The position numbers and the translations under genes were made by a program. 60,857 nt of DNA, from assembly GCA_001938485.1 (NCBI GenBank), contig MQRK01216652.1:1-60857 (forward strand), written 5' to 3'. The stretch is from Girardia tigrina (lineage: Eukaryota). Below are positions 54,074-60,857 of this stretch, piece by piece. A model generated the notes under the pieces. That model was not told where the DNA came from and ran no database searches. It saw nothing but the letters and a program-made list of their open reading frames with translations. Position 1 is the first letter of the stretch. Each line of letters opens with the position of its first letter.

Positions 54074-54493
54074 ATGCCATTCGAGTATATTTTTAATGTG
54101 GATTATTTTGTAAAGACGTTTGAAAATAATCATGTAAAAATTATCGATCGGAGATTGTATATCAAAATTTGTGAAGACATTCATGATAAATGGTATAAAT
54201 TTATGAGAATAATTCAAAGTTGTAGAAACAGTATGGGAACGAAGTTTTGGATAATAATCACCAACGAACATGGTGTCAAACCGACCACTGGCGTTCACGA
54301 AAGCGACATTGATTTGCAATTACAGAGAATTGACGTTTACGTTACTTTGGAAGTTCATGGAGAGTGTGTGCAGATCAGCGTCATGGTTGAATTGAATAGT
54401 ACCACTCTCGATTACGCTCTGAATTCGAATCTTGGGAAATTGTTTCAACCAGATTATTTCATCGGGGGTTCCTCGAGTGGTTCAAATAATTGA
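54074..54493 (+). CDS. Intronless orphan ORF, 139 aa
   Basis: Uninterrupted ATG ORF in a GC-enriched island with globular-like composition; no recognised domain. Confidence 0.45.
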   Translation: MPFEYIFNVDYFVKTFENNHVKIIDRRLYIKICEDIHDKWYKFMRIIQSCRNSMGTKFWIIITNEHGVKPTTGVHESDIDLQLQRIDVYVTLEVHGECVQISVMVELNSTTLDYALNSNLGKLFQPDYFIGGSSSGSNN

Positions 54494-54882
54494 GAAAGAG
54501 AGACCAAGTATTCATATATTCTCAAGTCGGTCGGCGCTTTCGGACAATTATTGAACGTATGTTCTTCTGTAATTATTATATATATTTATATAAAAATAAA
54601 TAATAATAATAAAAATATTAACAAAAATAAAAACAATAAAAATAGGAATTTTAGCAAAAATATAGATGATAATAATAATAATAAATTAGACAACGACGCA
54701 ATCGAACCCACTCCCCTCCCCTTGATGGCCCGCGGGAGGTCAAGATTTGATATAAGCTTCCACTGCGCTGCTGCCGCAACATTAATATTAATTTAATAAT
54801 AATTTTAAATTTTAATCGATTAATCGATCATTTTAAATTTAATTTTATATTCATAACGACGAAATCGTCGTTATGAAATTAT

Positions 54883-55236
54883 TTAATTAATATAGTATAT
54901 AATACATGATACATAATGCTTAAATGTAAATACGTAGATAAATAAAGTGGATAAAGTAGATAATAATAAATAAATGAAATATACAAATAATACTGTGGTG
55001 CTGGCAGCCGGACCGAGTGGCGGCGACCAGTACCTCTTAGATGTGCCGAGACTTGGCGCCCGCGAAGATATCCGTGTCGGTTTGATGGCTTCGGTGTGCC
55101 GATCGAGTTCGGTGACCATCGATCGATACGCCATCGGATGTCGGTCCCGCGATCTTCTCGCGGCTGTTCCGAGTTGTGTTTCGATCATTCGATCGATTTG
55201 CATTGTATCTGTATGTTGGTAAGAATGGTCAGACAA
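54883..55236 (-). pseudogene. GC-rich orphan ORF island carrying the shared motif
   Basis: RDRHPMAYRSMVTELDRHTEAIKPTRISS, followed by a Pro/Ala tail ending AASTTVLF, like the 10514 and 17850 ORFs. Confidence 0.5.
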
Positions 55237-57119
55237 ATCAGAAAGAAATCAAGTCATTCAAGTAGTCTCAGGATTTATTCCATTTAAAAGCAAAACAAAA
55301 TATTAACAATTAAAAGTGTTACACAATTTCCATATGTTTTTGATTTAATTAAACAAGTTCAGTTTTTTTTCAATATCGGTCGTTTGACCGAATTACCATA
55401 AATACAAATAATACAAATTTATTAGAAAAACACCCAAAAGATTAAAAAGCAAATACTGTGCTTCTTGGCGGAATTAAGCTAGCAGATTCTCCAGTGATAG
55501 CTCTTGTGAGACCAACTCTACTTTTTGACCCCTTATCATAATTCATCCAACCCTGGAACACAGATCGACCCATGAAATATAAAAATTAATTAGAATATAA
55601 ATGTTTTTAATTAAAACTTACGGTGAGTCAAGGCCTAAGTTAAATTTAGCAAGTGGTCTCTGAATCATCATGAATCATTTGGTGACATATCATTGTGTTA
55701 CAGATTAGACACGACGACGGAGAGATAGATCGAGGCCTGGTTATTGGCTGCAAACCGTATGCATGCACATCCCAACAGTACACCGCAACCATTACCTTAC
55801 TATATTCGATTCTAGGATGAGTTAAGCACACTATTAGACAACACTTGTGCAAATGTTCGACACGTGCACAAAACCCGCTATAAATAACATGACGCAGAGA
55901 CAGCAAATCCCCACAAATAATACGAATTTACTGAGAACGAATTCCACAGAATTTCAAAGAGACTGATAGAAAACAGTTCACGACAACTTTGATATTGCTC
56001 GACAGTGAACATAACCAGTGAGACAATCATCCAACGAATTCGGACAGACGTAGATCAACGCAACACATTTCTTGACATATTGCGAAGCGACATTGAACAT
56101 TTGTTACGACACAGCCGCGGACGAAGTCTAAATTCTGATTACGCTCAAAGACCGCAACATTTACCGAAATCCAATTATCCAGTTTCTCTAAAATGTAAAT
56201 TACTTTGGTGTTTTATATTTTTGTATATTATCATCTTTCGTGTAATATTTTAATGTTTGAATATATTTTTATACTTGAATTTTGTCTTCCATATGTCATT
56301 TTGATATGCATAACTGGCTTAATTAATTTAAATGTTTCTGATCATTTAATTGTTAGTTTCCTTATTATAAGTTTATACGTGACCGTTGAACCTCGGATGA
56401 TGCCGTGTGATTGGTTTAACCTGGCATCACCTTGTAACATGTTGAGGCATTGTGAACTATCTAGTGCTCCGAAGCAAAAATTTTACCAGAGTACACTACA
56501 CAGCCTTCGCAAAAAATCATCGCCAGGCGGTCAGTAGATCCAATAATTCATTCCTTTAACGTCGAAAACCGAGGTAGAATCCATAGATCACATGAAGGAT
56601 CAATGAGTGAATATAAGATCCCAAAGAATCGTTTGTGAATAGCTTTACAGTTGTAGATAAATAGTTTATAATTTGTAGATAGACATGTTCTTGACAAGTA
56701 AAACCAATATTAGCGAGTAGATTGTTAATAGCATACCAAAATTGTGGTAACAGCTGTTTAGGAACAGACGTCCAATCGGAGTAGTTGTGTGTGATATGAA
56801 TCATTTGGTGCAAGTTCAGTGCGTTTCATTTTACAACATAACATGCACATTTAAGAACAGCACGTGATATATGTTAAACAATCATAATTTTGATTTATGA
56901 TTGTTTAACTTTGTTAACTTTAATAGTGTGTCTCACTCGCACACAGCCATTTATTGATGGTTTAAACTGTGATGAAATTTGGTCATTATTTTTTGTCGTT
57001 TTGACAATAATTAATTGCCTTGTCCAGCAAGGATAAATTTTTATTTGTCCTGCTGTTTCGGCAACATTATGCTTGATAGTATAACAACTAAGTCATCAAC
57101 AAACAATTAATATTTACAA

Positions 57120-57955
57120 AAGTCAATCTTCAAAGATGTCTTGTTTTTGGAGACATTTAGCCAAGAATTTCCGACAATGTCAAAAATAATTTGACAAATC
57201 AGAATAATCTGCTGTCTACAGAGTTCTTATCCTGTTTTGCATGCGGTAAATTTAGCAGTTCTTTATTCTTTGAAATTTGACCTCTGATGTTTCCCTTCAA
57301 TTTGGCAAAAATGGATTTGATTGGGTTCTGGAAAGGAGAATAGGGCGGTAAATTGTATACCCTAGAAATTGAGATGGTCTGCAAATGAATTGATGCATTA
57401 TCGTGTATTAAACGATAATTGCCATCAGCGAGCTTTGATGAAAGCTCCTCAATGAAATCTTGGTACACATCATGGTTGACGCTACCCGGGGACCACTCTA
57501 GCATTTATTGGGCCGAATTTTCAAATGGTCATTATCATAGAAATATTTCTGCCGCGGTTTGTGGGAACGATTATATTGACCGGAACTCAAAATTTTTGAT
57601 TTGGCATGCATTCTCTGGGTCCAAAGGTTGAAGCCCACTTCATCTCTGAGTACATACTCGTGCGTTCTCCAGCTTTTTTTCTATAAATCTGAGTGCGAAT
57701 TCATACGTGGATTGTTTAACGTGTTTTGCGTTTCGATTTTCGACACAGGTCTTTGCTTTTTTGAATGTCAATAATTGACCTTCTAAATATCTTGAGATGG
57801 TGCTTCTGGATATTCTCAGGTTTTCTGATTGCAACAAAAAGGATGTGATTTCTCTTAAAAAGCATGTAGGATTTTCGTCGACAAAGTCCAAGGTCGACCA
57901 ACTTCTGAGGATATTAATTGCTTCTTATGACCACCATGTTTCCCAACCGTTGCGT
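57120..57955 (-). mobile_element. Degraded Tc1/IS630-like DDE transposase
   Basis: FVDENPTCFLREI..ISRSTISRYL (HTH), DEVGFNLW, LIHDNASIH..LPPYSPFQNPI..IFAKLK. Confidence 0.88.
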
Positions 57956-57962
57956 GGCAATA

Positions 57963-58015
<53 letters not shown>

Positions 58016-58165
58016 AGTGTGTGTAATGCCACATTTTAAACATTAGTAAAATTAGAATGTTTTCTAGATTTTTTTTGATTTTGGAATTTTTTTAGTAAAA
58101 AAATTAATTAAAAAATATTTTTTTTTAAAAAAAATCGATAATTATTATTATATAATGTTATATAC

Positions 58166-58382
58166 CTCAACTGTTGGTGGCGAATGATTGATTCTGGAAT
58201 CCTTTCGTTATTCCAAATCCGGCATATCCGTTTGGCAATCAGCTGTATAAGTGATCTAAAAATACAAAATTTAAAATATTCAGATTTTTAATTCTAAATA
58301 TTTAAACAAACCTGATATTTTCGGGCATGAATATTTGTCCAGTTTTAATAACGAATTTATTAAGAAAATCCGCAAAATAATT
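58166..58382 (-). CDS. Two candidate spliced exons (58312-58382, 58166-58255) of an unidentified gene
   Basis: ttgtag| and tttttag| acceptors, GT donors, 56-bp intron, phase-compatible open frame NYFADFLNKFVIKTGQIFMPENIRSLIQLIAKRICRIWNNERIPESIIRHQQL. Confidence 0.45.
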
Positions 58383-58658
58383 CTACAAAGAAAATTATTT
58401 CTATATTTTATTTATACTGGAAATTTGGTTTTGAAAAATTAGATTTTTACAAATCAAGATTTTAATGAAAATTTTATCTTAAAATTTCCATATCAGAATT
58501 CTGAAATTATATCGATAGGAAAATTCAAATTTCATGTGATTTTATATTCGATATCGAAATTTTTTTGTATTCGTTAATAAATGAATTTTAGAAACATAAA
58601 GTAATGAAACACAAAAACTAATGAAAGAGATATTGCACAATTTCGAATTTGATAATAA

Positions 58659-59453
58659 TGTTGGGATATTGGTGTATTTAAAAAATTAACGGTTTATGAA
58701 AACTGAAATTAAAACAAGAAATTTATTTTGATAAGATTTATTGATAAATACAGTATTGTACAAATGATATTTTACAAGACTTAACTTATACAAAATTTAT
58801 ATTTTAGGTATAAGGGAGAAAATGCTTTTTCTACCCTTAGTATTTTAGACGTATATAAAGGATATGTTAAAAATATATAAATTATATATGTCCGTACTTT
58901 ATTAGTCGATTTAGGCTTTTTTCTGTTTTTGAACCGTTTTCAAGTCGACTTTTATACTTATTACTCTCACGCAATCTGTCTCTCTTTTCACGATATAACT
59001 CTATCAGCTGTCTGTCTTTCAACTATGATTAGCTCTTTACACGCAATTAACTTTTTCCTTGTCACGCACTTCTTGTACTTTAGAGTATTCTTAATTATTA
59101 AATAATTAAGGTCGTCTTTCTTTGCGTCTTTGCGTTTTTCTTCTTTCTCTCGTTTCTGGTACGTCTTTCAAGTGTTTTTTTTGTGTGTGTTTCTTTAAAA
59201 TCTTTCCTCTTTATATAATAACTTTCTTGTCTTTAATCTTCTTTATTTACCTTTAAAAATAAATTATTTTTTTTTTTCAGATAAATATCTTTAAATTCAA
59301 TTTCATTTATTTATTATTATTGCTCACTTTAATTTATTTATTTATATATATTTTATATTTATTTTAGATAAAAAAGTAAATATTACTATTTAACTTGTGA
59401 GGATTTAAACAAATTATTAAAATAATATATTAAATTAAAAGTATATCTCAACA
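58659..59453. mobile_element. Solo LTR, 795 bp, with 4-bp TSD
   Basis: TGTTGGGATAT...ATATCTCAACA (10/11 terminal inverted repeat) flanked by ATAA both sides; similar to the 46048 LTR. Confidence 0.85.
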
Positions 59454-59460
59454 ATAAGTA

Positions 59461-60210
59461 CACTTATCCCTCGATTTACACGGTACTTGTTTTACACGTT
59501 TTCGCTTTTACAGGGTTTACTAAGTGAGGATGATTTAGTTAACTTAGTTTGCGAAAGTGAGTCTGACAAATCTGATGAAGAGGAATTAGTACCAGTAACA
59601 TTCACTGCTGAAGTCATCCGCGAAGGACTCGCATTGGGAAGAAAGTTGGGTAATTATTTTATACAAAATGACATAAACGTTGAAAGGGCTTTACGATTCC
59701 AACGTGACATAAATCACTGCTTGGCTCAATATGAAGAAGTTTACAAAGATCTTACAAAAAATTCGAAGCAATTGTTAATAACCGGTTTTATTACCATCTC
59801 TCATAATGTAAATATTTCTGCTTCAAACATAGAATGAGCACAAATAAATTCAAGTGATGAAAGTGAATTCGAACCTTCGATTCCGTAAAAAAGAATTAGA
59901 GTAATTTCTGACAGTGATGAAGGATAATAAAACACCTTTGGTTTTATTTTTTGTTCTGTTTAATGTATTGTAATTAAATAAAAAAACAGTGCTTCCGTAA
60001 TATATTACATATTTTAACCTGTGAATGCATTTTATTTTTATTTCTGTGTACACCAAAAAATATTGAAAAAAAATACAACTGTTAAGTAGCAAAATTATGC
60101 ATTTTTTGCAAGCTTTTCGATTTACACGGTTTTGACTTGAAAATTTTTAATTTTAGATTTAAACGTTTTTTCTCAGGAACGTATCTACCGTGTAAATAGG
60201 GGGATATGTG
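59461..60210 (+). mobile_element. Internally deleted Tigger/pogo element (750 bp)
   Basis: 23-bp TIRs cacttatccctcgatttacacgg / ccgtgtaaatagggggatatgtg (20/23), TA TSD both sides, retains the acidic transposase C-terminus. Confidence 0.9.
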
Positions 60211-60857
60211 TATACGCTACGAAAGTACTACTGAATTTTTCCCGTCAATCAACAACTTATATCTGTATCCAGTCACTAATCATTCGACTTAATTCACATT
60301 CAAATATTATCGGCCGATGTATTCAAGTTTTTGTTATTTGAATTTATTCAATCATCAACTGACTGAAGTAAAACTAATTCATATATTTTAATTTGGTCAA
60401 GTAGCTGTATTGATTTTTGCTATCATTATATCTCCTGACATTAAATTACTACGAACTATAATTCAAGATTCTGAGTAGAGATTTTTGCGTAATTAGTTCT
60501 ATTTGCCTAAAGAATTCCTGATTATATAAAACTATTTTCGACTATTAATCCTAATCATTCTAGTGATCCATTCATTACCTGATTGATTTACTGACATTGA
60601 CATTTATTGTTACTAGAGACCAATACAGTTGCGTTATATAAGTTTACTAATATAATCGTTTAGTCAAATTAATAACTGTTATAATAGCTAACTGTTGATA
60701 TTTGTGGTATTATAATCCGATCATACTCTTTGATCTTGAAACTATTTCTAGACAGCCTTACCAGTTAGGTATTCCCACGTAAAATTTATAGACATAATTA
60801 ATAATAATTTTTTACTGTTTTGTGATATATTCTGAAGGATATATATATATATATATA

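Noticed and set aside
55640-56810. Possible DIRS/Ngaro remnant (LILHVIYGFYLGF; tgaatcatttggtg repeated at about 55671 and 56797)
   Set aside because: No RT, RNase H or tyrosine recombinase motif recognisable
60240-60780. Cadherin-like remnant on the minus strand (SGDIMIAK, YELVL)
   Set aside because: Too many stops and frameshifts to support

Overview
Very AT-rich eukaryotic scaffold DNA with six N-gaps. The composition, a 56-bp GT-AG intron and the transposon set suggest an invertebrate, possibly a planarian flatworm (inference). No intact, confidently nameable host gene is present. There are two layers. (1) Decayed transposons: hAT x2, RTE-like LINE fragments x2, an RLE-type non-LTR element, Tigger/pogo x3, piggyBac, Tc1/IS630-like, a Gypsy internal remnant, three related solo LTRs with 4-bp TSDs and a non-autonomous Helitron. 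(2) A dense field of short, mostly intronless, GC/CpG-enriched ORF islands broken by stops and frameshifts. Some are recognisable host-gene derivatives (14-3-3 x2, SNIP1, PPP phosphatase, GPCR, RING, F-box-like, SERBP1-like N-terminus). About a dozen islands appear, by manual alignment, to share an unannotated ~20-aa motif, [YN]Rxx[IVLM][TSD][ED][LIFV][DSN]xHx6T[R][LI], placed behind very different N-terminal parts. This putative modular orphan gene family is the best candidate for an undescribed system. All alignments were done by eye and need profile searches.
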